Source: Calditrichia bacterium
GTDB lineage: Bacteria; Calditrichota; Calditrichia; RBG-13-44-9; J075
DNA: 64,000 nucleotides
Direction of reading: 5' to 3'
Assembly: GCA_965227145.1 (NCBI GenBank)
Contig: OZ245730.1
Coordinates: 451,661 to 515,660, forward strand
Part shown: positions 10,501-23,320 of the stretch, piece after piece
Position numbering within the stretch: position 1 is the stretch's first letter
How the letters are laid out: the number at the start of each line of letters is the position of its first letter
The notes under the pieces: model-generated
What the model was told of the DNA's origin: nothing
Databases searched by the model: none
The model's input: only the letters and a program-made list of their open reading frames with translations
Position numbers and translations under genes: made by a program

Positions 10501-11009
10501 ATCAAGAATCGATGAGCATGTTCCAGCAGGGGCAACGTCCCGGCGGACAAGTTCCGGCTGAACAAATGGCGCGAATGGCAGCCCAACAGCAGGCGATCCA
10601 AAAATCGCTGGAAAAATTGAATGACGAAATGGGCAATCGCAACGATGTGCTCGGCAGATTGGGCGAACTGGGCGAGGAAATGGAAAAAGTGGTTGAGGAA
10701 CTGCAGCGGCAGCAACTCAGCCCGAAAGTGATTGAACGCCAGCAACGGATTCTCAGCCGGATGCTCGATGCTCAAAAATCGGTTCGCGAAAAGGAACATT
10801 CCAAAAAGCGGCAGGCGGAACGGGAACAGGGTGTAACCGCAAAATCACCGCCGCAGCTAAAACGGGAAATGCTCGAACGCGAAAATCAGCTCCGCAAGGA
10901 AATGCAGGAAGCGCTGAAAGAAGGTTATTCGTCCGAATATAAAGAATATATTAAATTGTATTACGAAATTCTCTCACGGCAGGGCGAAACCGCCGGCGAA
11001 AAGAAATAA
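7587..11009 (+). CDS. large membrane-anchored protein with beta-rich middle region and very long Gln/Glu-rich coiled-coil C-terminal half
   Basis: N-terminal TM helices (LLQFVFLAICVFLGFLFIEVLF, LLFWVLLAGGLGYFLI). The 1140-aa frame is uninterrupted. The C-terminal ~600 aa are an E/Q/M/K low-complexity coiled coil (QMQQQMQQGQQQ…). Confidence 0.6.
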   Translation: MSNTIDPIYHETHEKVLAVNRKFRLIHVGAALLQFVFLAICVFLGFLFIEVLFDLITPLRLLFWVLLAGGLGYFLIKEIVPNLRRAFSPAEQDLYQISRLIGDETPQVQDALVNFLQIYRDEGIATHAAFKNLSLKQLYNTFRDVDFGKILNLAGWKRPGIRLLAALGGFVFMFLLFPGATNQTFLKILHPTQSFEPPFPVTLKSISGEQVVLKNDPVTLEGEFTGVMPSRLWLVLENFADDSKSPELERLEVPLRSGNRFEYELKHVKNRFNYWFEAQLDMRGFENRPAKSDMNAVLVKERPFIRELQAKLAYPVYTRLPEKFLPLNDGEVTALKGTTVDIRIEANKSLTGSWFQFDDSTRIELQTNGNRATGQFTVREDGQYHVGIRDADGIENYQPVQYAVFALQDELPFVEITRPGQDLELGEELDLPLLINLRDDYGFTKLSLKGRHIKAGSTGDTSEFAIDVPYQRIEATRALADYRWNLRNFYLSPDDFVEYFAEIRDNDVITGPKTARSQTYVLRLPSLMEVLAKADENLSEQLEDTREIAEETKALKEKLEEINREMKREEELTWERKQQIQEQAQKQQENLDKMQELREELEQVISDLEQRDVLSQETLEKYMELQQMIEDLASPEMLEALKELQKAMENANMEEIKEAMERFEFSVEQFEERIERTYELFKRVQLEQKMDELNKMAQEMLDAQKQINEQLQQENLSKDQQEQLAQQEENLAENSDAMEDALEKATSEFEEMMPEIAESLEKTREFMDEQQISEQMQQMQQQMQQGQQQNAQKSGENVQKQLEMVQSQMQQNRQQMQQQQQQELMQAMQKVQQDLLRSSFQQEKLVERSQNSDMASNSINQTAREQAQLRENAGNIVRQMLEISNKSFFMQPGMSQIMQSLMGNMENALQGLSNRNPRGAARSQQKALGNYNEAIMSMQSSMNSMMQSQSGTGFEQFMQQMQQMAGQQGQLNQESMSMFQQGQRPGGQVPAEQMARMAAQQQAIQKSLEKLNDEMGNRNDVLGRLGELGEEMEKVVEELQRQQLSPKVIERQQRILSRMLDAQKSVREKEHSKKRQAEREQGVTAKSPPQLKREMLERENQLRKEMQEALKEGYSSEYKEYIKLYYEILSRQGETAGEKK

Positions 11010-11044
11010 TTGATTGTGAAAATGGCAACTTCCCCGTTGCGTGA

Positions 11045-13891
11045 ATGAAATTGAGCCAAGGGTATTTCGATGGCTTCGGGAATGTAGATTCTGTGCAGAA
11101 AATCAGGGTGCAAATGGTGCGATATCATCGCCCAAATAAGATAATCAGCAGATGTTGTGCAGCTTGCCTGTTAAGCTGCATTCTTTTTTTCGGTGATTTT
11201 GGTGCTGTTTTACAGGCGCAAACACCGGAAAACGATTTGTGGATCCGGTTGGAAAAAGCGGAAAAACAGCCATTCCCTTTCAAAAATATCGAATATTATC
11301 CGTTAAAACACCCCAAAGTTGCGCTGGTGCTCAGCGGTGGCGGCGCGCGCGGATTGGCGCACATCGGCGTGCTGAAGGCGTTTGAAGAGCATAAAATTCC
11401 GGTTGATCTGATCGTCGGAACCAGTATCGGCAGCATCATCGGCGGGTTTTATTCCGCCGGATTCAGCGCGGAGGATATTCGCCGCAACATCAAAAGCATC
11501 GATTGGAACAGTATTTTCAACGATCAAACCGATCGTCCGCTGATGTTTATTTCCCAAAAAAGTATTCCCCGGCGCCATTTGGTGCAATTCCGGCTGGATG
11601 GCGTGATGCCGGTTATTCCCACCTCCATTTCTCAGGGACAACGCATTTTTCAAACGCTTTACAACAAATTGCTGAAAGCGAGCTATCAAACAACTGATTT
11701 TGATCAACTGAAAATCCCGTTTCGGGCGGTGGCGACGGATATCATCAGCGGGCAAAAAGTGGTGTTGGCAGAAGGCGATTTGGCGGAAGCGATCAACGCC
11801 AGCATGGCTTTTCCGCTGCTGTTCGCGCCGGTGGAAATTGACGGAATGCGGCTGGCGGATGGCGGCATTACCGATAATTTGCCGGTTCAGGTTGCGCAGG
11901 ATGAACACGCAAACATCGTAATTGCGGTAGATTGCACATCGGAATTGCGGGCATCGGACGACATCAACGCGCCGTGGGAAGTTGCCGATCAGGTGACATC
12001 CATCATGATGAAAAAGCCGACGGAGGAAAGCCGGCAGTTGGCGGACGTGCTCATCATGCCGGAACTCGGCGATTTCAAAGGCGGCAGCTTCGAATTTTCG
12101 GATAGTTTGGTGGAATTGGGATATCAGGCTGCGCTAACACATATTTCCGAAATTGAACGGAAAATAGTCGAATCCGATTCCCAACGTATCAATGAAAACC
12201 GGTCAATTGGCGAGATCAGCGAAATCCGTTATGAGGGGCTATCAAAGGAAACATTTCAACTGCTTCGCTCGCTGTTGCTTTTCCATGCCACCAGCGAAAT
12301 ACCGTTGGCGGTAAACGATAATCAATTACCGGTTACCACTACATTTATGCCTCAAACAATGAGTGATATTCCGGTCAGCTACCGCGATGTGCTGGACAAT
12401 ATGCGCATCATTTATCAAAGTGGATATGTTCAGGATATTCAGGCGCATATTTCCATGGTTGAGAACCGGCGAATTCTGACATTTATTGTTCGGGAACAGC
12501 CGGAAATTGAATCTGTTGTCATCGATGCACACCCGGCATTACCGGATAGCATTGTTTCGAAAATTCAAAATGAACACGCCGGTAAGCGACTGAATATATT
12601 GAGTTTAGTGAAAAACCTTGAACGACTGCAGAACGCAATTTTTCAGGAGGGCTATTCGCTAACCGATGTGTCGGCAATCCGTTTTCTTCCGGAATCGAAT
12701 GAATTGCACATTTCGCTGAATAATGGGCGGGTTGACGATATTCGGATTCATGGAAACGATATCACCCGTAATTTTGTGATTTTGCGGGAAATGCCCCTGA
12801 AAGTAGGCGATTTATTTGAAAACGCAAAAGCTTCGCGCGGCATCGAAAATATATATGGTACGGGTTTGTTCGACAGGGTGCTGATCAATCTGCAAAAAGA
12901 AGATTCGCTGAATATAATGGTCATCAAAGTGAAGGAAAAACGCTATCAGGTTGCCCGGCTTGGTGCGCATTATTCGACAGAGCGGTTGACCGAAGGGTTT
13001 GCAGAACTGCTGGCGGATAACTTTTTGGGAACCCAAACCAAAATGAGCGTTTTTGGCGCTGTGGGTGAGTTTTCGCGAAATCTGGAACTGCGGTTTTATA
13101 CGGTCCGGCTGTTCAGAAGCTATCTGACTGCCAGTGTCTCAACATATTATACCGAACGACAGGATCGTTTTTATCGCAATTTCAACCGATTTCCGGATTA
13201 TGAAATTATCCGGCGGGGATTTCGGTTTTCCGTGGGCCAGCAAATTCAGCGCCTCGGTATCATTTCAGTTGAATTGCGGGCAGAAGAAATTGATCTCGGT
13301 GCGCCGGAGGACGACTTTTCTAAAAATAATTTTCGCTTACGTTCGATTTCCGTCAATTCTGTAGTGGATAAACGCGATAAATTGCCATTCCCGGAAAGCG
13401 GAATTTACAACCGTTGGTCCTGGGAAGCTGGCAGCCAGCGGCTATTGGGTGGCAGCGAGCCGTTTACGCGGGTATTTTTGGGATTGGAAGGGTATTACAA
13501 TCTCCAAAAACAATTAAATTACCATCCGTACGTTTACGCCGGCAGCGCAGATTTAACATTACCGTTTACCGAATATTTTTTCTTTGGCGGTCAAAACAGT
13601 TTCCCCGGATTGCACGAACGCGAGATCTTTGGCAGACAATTTATCCAGGCCGGGCTGGATATGCGGTATAAGCTGGAATGGAACCTACCGGTTGAAGCAT
13701 TTTTAATCAGCAATTATTCAGTTGGCGCAGCCTGGGAAGAGCCGGATGAAGACATATCGACAAATGATTTTGTCCAATCGGTTTCTGCATCTGTTGCAAT
13801 AAATTCCCTGCTCGGGCCAATCCAATTAACGTATGCATATGTGTTCAAGCGTGACGGCAAGTTGCAGTTCTCAATGGGTTTTGATTTTTGA
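11045..13891 (+). CDS. patatin-like phospholipase fused to POTRA/Omp85 beta-barrel (type Vd autotransporter, PlpD-like)
   Basis: Patatin oxyanion and nucleophile motifs are present (LSGGGARGLAHIGVLKA; VGTSIGSIIGG), and so is the catalytic Asp (LADGGITDN). The C-terminal half alternates hydrophobic and polar residues and ends in an aromatic terminal strand (…LQFSMGFDF). Confidence 0.7.
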   Translation: MKLSQGYFDGFGNVDSVQKIRVQMVRYHRPNKIISRCCAACLLSCILFFGDFGAVLQAQTPENDLWIRLEKAEKQPFPFKNIEYYPLKHPKVALVLSGGGARGLAHIGVLKAFEEHKIPVDLIVGTSIGSIIGGFYSAGFSAEDIRRNIKSIDWNSIFNDQTDRPLMFISQKSIPRRHLVQFRLDGVMPVIPTSISQGQRIFQTLYNKLLKASYQTTDFDQLKIPFRAVATDIISGQKVVLAEGDLAEAINASMAFPLLFAPVEIDGMRLADGGITDNLPVQVAQDEHANIVIAVDCTSELRASDDINAPWEVADQVTSIMMKKPTEESRQLADVLIMPELGDFKGGSFEFSDSLVELGYQAALTHISEIERKIVESDSQRINENRSIGEISEIRYEGLSKETFQLLRSLLLFHATSEIPLAVNDNQLPVTTTFMPQTMSDIPVSYRDVLDNMRIIYQSGYVQDIQAHISMVENRRILTFIVREQPEIESVVIDAHPALPDSIVSKIQNEHAGKRLNILSLVKNLERLQNAIFQEGYSLTDVSAIRFLPESNELHISLNNGRVDDIRIHGNDITRNFVILREMPLKVGDLFENAKASRGIENIYGTGLFDRVLINLQKEDSLNIMVIKVKEKRYQVARLGAHYSTERLTEGFAELLADNFLGTQTKMSVFGAVGEFSRNLELRFYTVRLFRSYLTASVSTYYTERQDRFYRNFNRFPDYEIIRRGFRFSVGQQIQRLGIISVELRAEEIDLGAPEDDFSKNNFRLRSISVNSVVDKRDKLPFPESGIYNRWSWEAGSQRLLGGSEPFTRVFLGLEGYYNLQKQLNYHPYVYAGSADLTLPFTEYFFFGGQNSFPGLHEREIFGRQFIQAGLDMRYKLEWNLPVEAFLISNYSVGAAWEEPDEDISTNDFVQSVSASVAINSLLGPIQLTYAYVFKRDGKLQFSMGFDF

Positions 13892-14031
13892 GCAAATTTT
13901 GTATGGTCATATAATATTACAATTTTGTTACGACAACAAAAAATGTCAAAAAACAGTGAATTTTAAACTCGGTGCTTGCTTTTTTGAATCGTTGCACGTA
14001 ATTTTCTCAGGTTATATATGAAATCAAAACT

Positions 14032-14427
14032 ATGAAAAAAGCACTTTTTACGATCACGTTTCTTCTGGGTTTTTGCATTTCGCTATTTGCTGATGCAATT
14101 ATTGTCGAGTTTGTTGGTGCTCCGGCACGCGATAAAATCGTATTGAACTGGCGAACAGGGGATGAAGCAGCAGTTAATCTGTTTATTGTTGAACGGAGCA
14201 GTGACAAAAAAGTGTTTACCAAAGCTGGTGAGGTTCCTGCTAAAGGAAGCAATAGTGAATATGAGTATGTAGATTCGAACCTGACCAGTGTCAACAATGT
14301 ATATTATTACCGTCTTCGTATCCGTCGAACCGACGGAACCTTCCAATCCAGCGAAATAATCTCCGTTATCCCCAAACTTAGCAGTTTTGCAAAAACTTGG
14401 GGGAGTATAAAAGCCTTATTTCAATAA
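14032..14427 (+). CDS. small secreted hypothetical protein
   Basis: Signal peptide MKKALFTITFLLGFCISLFA; 131-aa open frame; no recognisable motif. Confidence 0.35.
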   Translation: MKKALFTITFLLGFCISLFADAIIVEFVGAPARDKIVLNWRTGDEAAVNLFIVERSSDKKVFTKAGEVPAKGSNSEYEYVDSNLTSVNNVYYYRLRIRRTDGTFQSSEIISVIPKLSSFAKTWGSIKALFQ

Positions 14428-14707
14428 CCGCACAAGATTAAATCACCCCCATACTTAAATTATCAACCCCAAACATTTGGTGGGTGGAGATCTGTTTGTT
14501 GTTATATCTTGGCTTATATGGAGACTTGTGGAAAATGACTTAGTCGAGGGCAATTTTTTTTAATACAATTGAATGCTTTGTTCGATAATCAATTGTAGAG
14601 TGTTTTAAAAACTGGGGTTGACAAAATTAGGTAATTTCATTATCTTCATCGTGCGCCACTTGTGACAGGCGTTACAAAGAGAGATAAAGCGTAAGCAGGG
14701 GATAGTA

Positions 14708-15619
14708 ATGAGGAAGAAGCCGTTATTAATCTATGTTAATCCGGAATCCTCGGGTGTTAAAGAATTTAAATTGTCGTTCAAAAAAATAGCAATTGCGACC
14801 ATTGCAATTGTTGTTGGCGTAGGGATGATTTTAAAGTTTTCAATTGATCATTTTATTGATTACAGCGAAAATTCCAAAATTTCCCAGCTAAAAATTCAGA
14901 ATGAAACGCTTCACGAAGAAATTGAAAAAATCGGTCAAAAATTGTTAAGCCTTAACAGTAGCCTCGATTTTTTAGAGGAGCGTGACGACCAGTTGCGCAC
15001 TCTGCTGGATCTCCCGCCAATTGATTCTGACGTTCGTAAAGTTGGTGTTGGTGGTACCGACCCCAATCTTACAACGGCAACCATGGCAGAAGCTTTTTCA
15101 TTTAGCACCCGTTTAGCTGAAAATTTGAAATTGCTCGACAAGCTGGACCGCGAAGTCCGGTTAGAAAAAGAAAGCTATGAAAAATTAATAGCAACTGTGG
15201 AGCGTCAGCAGGACTCATTGCGTTATCTGCCAGTGCTGAAGCCCGTGCCAAATGCCTATATTTCCAGCAGCTTTGGCAATCGTCGCCATCCTATTAAGAA
15301 ATACATGCATTTCCATAAAGGTGTTGATATGGCTGCCCCGGGTGGTACGCCGATTATTGCTCCGGCTGATGGCGTTGTATCATCCTCCGGACGTAATGGT
15401 GGTTATGGCCTGGAAGTGATGATTGATCACAAATACGGATTTAAAACACGTTTTGGACATATGCAAAAAATTTATGTTCGCAAAGGACAGCATATCAAAC
15501 GTGGCGATAAAATTGGTGAAGTCGGTAAAACCGGTTTAACTACTAGTTATCACCTCCATTACGAAGTTTATTTTAAAGGTAAGCCGCTTAATCCGGAAAA
15601 CTTCTACTTTGATGAATAA
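14708..15619 (+). CDS. M23 family metallopeptidase (LytM-like) with N-terminal TM and coiled coil
   Basis: HxxxD and HxH motifs (HKGVDMAAPGGTPIIAPADG; TSYHLHYEV). N-terminal membrane anchor. Confidence 0.8.
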   Translation: MRKKPLLIYVNPESSGVKEFKLSFKKIAIATIAIVVGVGMILKFSIDHFIDYSENSKISQLKIQNETLHEEIEKIGQKLLSLNSSLDFLEERDDQLRTLLDLPPIDSDVRKVGVGGTDPNLTTATMAEAFSFSTRLAENLKLLDKLDREVRLEKESYEKLIATVERQQDSLRYLPVLKPVPNAYISSSFGNRRHPIKKYMHFHKGVDMAAPGGTPIIAPADGVVSSSGRNGGYGLEVMIDHKYGFKTRFGHMQKIYVRKGQHIKRGDKIGEVGKTGLTTSYHLHYEVYFKGKPLNPENFYFDE

Positions 15620-15653
15620 AAAAGATTTCTTACAATTTTGACGATTTTATTAA

Positions 15654-15682
15654 GCCGAAGGGTGTGTTGCCTTCGGCTTTTT
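15654..15682 (+). terminator. Rho-independent terminator after M23 peptidase gene
   Basis: Stem gccgaagg (15654-15661), loop tgtgttg, stem ccttcggc (15669-15676), followed by tttttt. Confidence 0.65.
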
Positions 15683-15767
15683 TCATGCCCGGCTATCGTG
15701 AATATCGGTTGTTTTTGGATAGGTGAATGTTTATTTTGACAGGCTGAAAAAGGAAGAGAAATTGCCT

Positions 15768-16051
15768 ATGAAAGTTACTGTAGAAACCGTTGAGCATATC
15801 GCAAAACTGGCTAAATTGACATTTAGTGATACCGATAAAACGCAAATGGCGCACGAGCTTGGTAATATTCTGGGTTACATCGAAAAACTTAACGAGCTGA
15901 ATACTGATGGCGTTGAACCGCTAAGCCACCCGATTGATATCGTTAATGTGATGCGCGAGGATAAAGCCGGTGAATCTTTTCCGCCGGAAGTTGCTGTCCG
16001 CAACGCGCCGTCGCCGCAGGATACTTTTTTCAAAGTACCCAAGGTGATCAA

Positions 16052-16055
<4 letters not shown>
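15768..16055 (+). CDS. gatC: Asp/Glu-tRNA amidotransferase subunit C
   Basis: About 95 aa with the GatC-type N-terminus (MKVTVETVEHIAKLAKLTFSD). RBS aaggaagag lies upstream. The stop overlaps the kdsB start. Confidence 0.65.
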
Positions 16056-19259
<3,204 letters not shown>

Positions 19260-19280
19260 AATTATATAAAACAACTGCTT

Positions 19281-19838
19281 ATGATCTGTGCATCTGAACA
19301 ATCTGCTGAACTGTTTCGCCGGGCAGCCAACGTCCGGGCGATCTTGGTTGATGTGGATGGTGTGCTCACCAAAGGGCAAATTATCCGAACGGATGCCGGA
19401 GAGCAGGTAAAAGTATTCAATTCGCTCGATGGATTCGGGCTGCGACTGGCAAAATTTTCCGGATATATCATCGCAATTATTTCTGCAAGTGGCAGCGAAG
19501 CGATTCGGTTCCGGGCGGAGGAAATCGGGTTCGATGCGATTTATCTCGGCAGTTACAGCAAAATCGACGCCTACCGGGATCTCAAATCAAAATTTAATCT
19601 GGATGATTCGCAAATCTGTTATGTCGGTGACGACCTCCCGGATATACCGCTGTTGGAGCTGGTCGGATTGCCCATTGCCGTTCACAATTCGGCGGCAGAT
19701 TTAAGTGCCATTACGCCGTTTCAAACGCGTCGCCGAGGCGGCGAAGGCGCAGTTCGCGAAGTGATTGATTTTATTATGTTTGCGCAAGGCAAACGCGATG
19801 AAAAAGTCGAAACGATACTTAAATCGTTTGGCAGGTAA
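19281..19838 (+). CDS. kdsC: Kdo-8-phosphate phosphatase (HAD family)
   Basis: HAD motif I (ILVDVDGVLT) and motif IV (YVGDDLPD). Length ~185 aa. Confidence 0.75.
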   Translation: MICASEQSAELFRRAANVRAILVDVDGVLTKGQIIRTDAGEQVKVFNSLDGFGLRLAKFSGYIIAIISASGSEAIRFRAEEIGFDAIYLGSYSKIDAYRDLKSKFNLDDSQICYVGDDLPDIPLLELVGLPIAVHNSAADLSAITPFQTRRRGGEGAVREVIDFIMFAQGKRDEKVETILKSFGR

Positions 19839-19841
19839 ATT

Positions 19842-20846
19842 ATGAATGGTTCAGTACAGCCAAATACAATTTTATCCGAAGAACAAAAGCGGCTGATCAA
19901 TATCGCCCGACGGGTGATTGTCATGGAAGCGGATGCTATCCGATTGTTATTAAAGGAGATAGATCATCGTTTCCTTAGCGCTGTGGATATGATTTTCGAT
20001 TGTAACGGCCGGGTAATCATCACCGGATTGGGCAAATCCGGCGCGATCGGCAGAAAAATTGCCGCAACGCTGGCATCCACCGGAACAGCTACCTATTTCA
20101 TGCATCCGACCGATGGCGTTCATGGCGATATCGGCATTGTTCACAAAGATGATGTGATCATTTGCCTCTCCAAAAGTGGCGAGTCAGAGGAATTGTTTAA
20201 TCTGTTGCCGATTTTCAAACGGATTGGCGTGCCGGTCATTTCGATTACCGCAAATGCAGAATCGGCGTTGGCAAAGCACAGCAGCATCGCGCTGACCATT
20301 GCAGATTTTGAGGAAGCCTGCCCGCACGATTTAGCACCAACAACCAGTTCCACCGCAATGCTGGCGCTCGGCGACGCTTTGGCGATGGCATTGCTGGAAA
20401 AACGCCATTTCACCCGCGAAGATTTTGCATTTTTGCATCCGAGCGGTGCTTTGGGCAAACGCCTGCTGCTAAAAGTGGATGATATTATGGAAACCGGGGA
20501 ACACATTCCGGTTGTTCAGCCAACCGCCCAAATGAAAGATGTAATTTTGCAAATGACCGCAAAGCGCGGTATTTGTATGGTTACGGATCCTGAAAACAGG
20601 GTGGTCGGCGTCGTAACCAACGGCGATTTGAACCGGTTGGTTGAAAAAACGGAACACTTTTTCCAAATTCCCGTGGAAGATGTGATGAATCGGTCGCCAA
20701 AAACGGTACAGAGTGGCACTTTGGCTTATACGGTTTACAAAAAAATGGAAAAATACCGGATCATCGCGATGCCGGTGCTGGATCAAACCGATCATTTGAT
20801 TGGCGTTATTCATTTGCATGACATAATGCGCACAGGTATTTTCTAA
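19842..20846 (+). CDS. kdsD: arabinose-5-phosphate isomerase (SIS domain + tandem CBS)
   Basis: SIS motif (VIITGLGKSGAIGRKIAATLASTG) followed by two CBS-like repeats. Kdo context. Confidence 0.8.
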   Translation: MNGSVQPNTILSEEQKRLINIARRVIVMEADAIRLLLKEIDHRFLSAVDMIFDCNGRVIITGLGKSGAIGRKIAATLASTGTATYFMHPTDGVHGDIGIVHKDDVIICLSKSGESEELFNLLPIFKRIGVPVISITANAESALAKHSSIALTIADFEEACPHDLAPTTSSTAMLALGDALAMALLEKRHFTREDFAFLHPSGALGKRLLLKVDDIMETGEHIPVVQPTAQMKDVILQMTAKRGICMVTDPENRVVGVVTNGDLNRLVEKTEHFFQIPVEDVMNRSPKTVQSGTLAYTVYKKMEKYRIIAMPVLDQTDHLIGVIHLHDIMRTGIF

Positions 20847-20873
20847 ACTTAAATAGAGTAAAAATAAGACAAT

Positions 20874-21446
20874 ATGAATCGTTTTTTTTGGATGCTGACA
20901 GTTATTGCAACGCTGTTTTTTATGACCGGTGCGTGTAGCAAAATTGAGGATGAGCCTGCATCAACCAATCCGCCGGATTCGTTACAGGAAGTGCCGGATC
21001 AGGAAAGTTGGGGCTCGATTATCGTTATTTCGAAAGAAGGGCGACGATTTGCACGGGTTTGGTCGGGATATGTTGCGGTTTACAATAAACAAAATCAAAC
21101 GATTTTGAAAGATAGCATCCACGTTGATTTTTACAACCGCGAAGGGCAGCACAACTCTGTTCTCACCGCGCAGGAAGGCGTGGTTGATAACCAAACCGAA
21201 AATCTCCGGGCGATGGGTAACGTGATTGTCATTTCCGATAGCGGCGTGGTCTTGGAAACGGAAGAGCTGCTCTGGGATAATCAGAAACAAAAAATTATCA
21301 GTGATGTGCCCGTAAAATTCACGACTGATGAAGATACGTTAGTCGGCGATTCATTTATTTCCGATCCCGAGTTGGTTAATTACGAAATCCGTAATGCCCG
21401 CGGTTATTCAAAACGAAAAATGCAGTTGGAAAAACCCCGAAATTGA
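20874..21446 (+). CDS. lptC: LptC-like periplasmic LPS export component
   Basis: N-terminal membrane anchor and a beta-jellyroll-sized periplasmic domain. Sits immediately upstream of the OstA-like and lptB genes. Confidence 0.5.
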   Translation: MNRFFWMLTVIATLFFMTGACSKIEDEPASTNPPDSLQEVPDQESWGSIIVISKEGRRFARVWSGYVAVYNKQNQTILKDSIHVDFYNREGQHNSVLTAQEGVVDNQTENLRAMGNVIVISDSGVVLETEELLWDNQKQKIISDVPVKFTTDEDTLVGDSFISDPELVNYEIRNARGYSKRKMQLEKPRN

Positions 21447-22543
21447 ACGCCAAAATAACATTAAATATTACGCTGCGTAAGTTTTTGTATTTATTGATCT
21501 TGCTTGCCTCCACGACACTCGTTGCGCAATCCCGGATTGAATTGGTTCATGCGGATTTTTCGCGCGGTGTTCGCCTGAACACCAACGAAGAAGTTAAAAT
21601 TCTCGAAGGCAGTGTTCACATTCGTCAGGATACGGTTGAAATTTTTTGTGATCAGGCGGAATATTATCGCGAGCAAAATAAGGTTGTGTTGTTGAACTCT
21701 GTCCGGCTGATTCGCGGTTCTGAAACGCTGACGGCAAACAAAGTGACCTATTACGAACTGAGCAAAATTGCCGTTTGCGAAGGCAATGTGCATCTCGAAA
21801 GACCGGAACAGCGCCTATTTTGTGATTATTTACGCTATTTTTACGAAACGGATCAATCGTTTGCGAAGGGCAATCTGGTGCTGATCGACGATGATGCACG
21901 CGTTACCGTCACCGCTGAACAGGGCGAATATTTGCCGGAACAATCATTGAGCCGGGTTGAGCGGAACGCTCATTTTTTGCAGGTGGATAGCTCCGGCACT
22001 GATACGCTGCATATTTTTGCCGAAAAAATGGTGTATCAATTTGATCCCGAACGAAAGGCGATTGCGACAGATTCCGTGCGAATTATTCGGGCGGATTTGT
22101 TTGCGCGCTGCGATTCCGCAGTTTATCAACTGGATACGGAGCAGGTTTTTCTGGAAATTGAGCCAGTCGCAAACCAGAAAAACAACGAATTAACCGGACA
22201 TCAGATCGAATTTGAACTGCCGGAAATGGAGCTCAGCCGGATTATTGTCCGGCAAAATGCAGTTGCCATTTCGGTGGAAGATTCCGCAAGTCAAAAAATC
22301 AACCGCCTCAGCGGAAAGGAAATTCAAGCGTTTATTCAACAGCGCCAGATTACCGAACTGTGGGCGTATGATAATGCCAGAAGCCAATATTTTTTGAAAA
22401 ATGAGGAAGTGGTGCAGGGCGTCAACAGCGCATCTGCGGATACGATAAAAGTATTTTTCAAAGAAGGCGAAGTGGATATTATTCAGGTTAAGGGTGGTGC
22501 AGAAGGCGTTTATAAACCGGATCAAATAGCGAAAAAACAATAG
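21443..22543 (+). CDS. lptA: LptA/OstA-N-like periplasmic LPS transport protein
   Basis: Signal peptide and repeated OstA-like beta-jellyroll segments. Start overlaps lptC; lptB lies downstream. Confidence 0.5.
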   Translation: MNAKITLNITLRKFLYLLILLASTTLVAQSRIELVHADFSRGVRLNTNEEVKILEGSVHIRQDTVEIFCDQAEYYREQNKVVLLNSVRLIRGSETLTANKVTYYELSKIAVCEGNVHLERPEQRLFCDYLRYFYETDQSFAKGNLVLIDDDARVTVTAEQGEYLPEQSLSRVERNAHFLQVDSSGTDTLHIFAEKMVYQFDPERKAIATDSVRIIRADLFARCDSAVYQLDTEQVFLEIEPVANQKNNELTGHQIEFELPEMELSRIIVRQNAVAISVEDSASQKINRLSGKEIQAFIQQRQITELWAYDNARSQYFLKNEEVVQGVNSASADTIKVFFKEGEVDIIQVKGGAEGVYKPDQIAKKQ

Positions 22544-22546
22544 CTT

Positions 22547-23320
22547 ATGACAATCGAAGATATTACAGCAATCAGCGGGCACGAAGGCGAGTCTTCCATT
22601 CTGCGATCAGAAAATCTGGTGAAAATTTACGGCAAACGGAAAGTCGTGAACGAGGTCAGTTTGCAGGTGCGGCAGGGGCAAATTGTCGGGCTGCTCGGTC
22701 CCAACGGCGCCGGGAAAACCACCTCGTTTTACATGATCACCGGACTGATTGCGCCCAATAGCGGCGAAATTTTTCTCAACAAACGGCAAATCACCAATTT
22801 GCCGATGTTCAAACGTGCGCGATTGGGAATGGCATATTTACCGCAGGAAGCTTCAATATTTCGTAAATTAACGGTTGAACAAAATTTGTTGGCGATTATG
22901 GAAGCCCTCAAATTTTCCCGGAAAAAACGCAAAGAGCGCTGCGAACAGTTGATGGAAGAATTGCGCATCACCCACATTGCCAAAAATCTGGGATACAATC
23001 TTTCCGGCGGTGAGCGCCGGCGTACGGAAATTGCCCGCGCGCTGGTGAACAATCCCAAATTCATTTTGCTGGATGAGCCGTTTGCCGGTGTGGACCCGAT
23101 TGCGGTGCAGGATATTCAAAATATTGTGATCAGCCTGAAAGAGAAAAATATCGGCATTCTGATTACCGATCACAATGTTCACGAAACGCTTTCCATTACC
23201 GATCACGCATATTTGCTGTTTGAGGGCAAAGTGCTGAAAGAGGGTAACAGTGAATATCTCGCCAACGATCCCGAGGCGAGAAAATTGTATCTCGGCGAAA
23301 CCTTCAAATTGCTGCGTTAA
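22547..23320 (+). CDS. lptB: LPS export ABC transporter ATP-binding protein
   Basis: Walker A (GPNGAGKTT), ABC signature (LSGGERRR), Walker B (ILLDEPFAGVDP). Confidence 0.8.
   Translation: MTIEDITAISGHEGESSILRSENLVKIYGKRKVVNEVSLQVRQGQIVGLLGPNGAGKTTSFYMITGLIAPNSGEIFLNKRQITNLPMFKRARLGMAYLPQEASIFRKLTVEQNLLAIMEALKFSRKKRKERCEQLMEELRITHIAKNLGYNLSGGERRRTEIARALVNNPKFILLDEPFAGVDPIAVQDIQNIVISLKEKNIGILITDHNVHETLSITDHAYLLFEGKVLKEGNSEYLANDPEARKLYLGETFKLLR

Noticed and set aside
14428-14707. 280-nt non-coding leader upstream of the M23 peptidase as a possible riboswitch/ncRNA
   Set aside because: I could not recognise any riboswitch consensus by eye; the region is AT-rich, and a promoter region is the simplest explanation.
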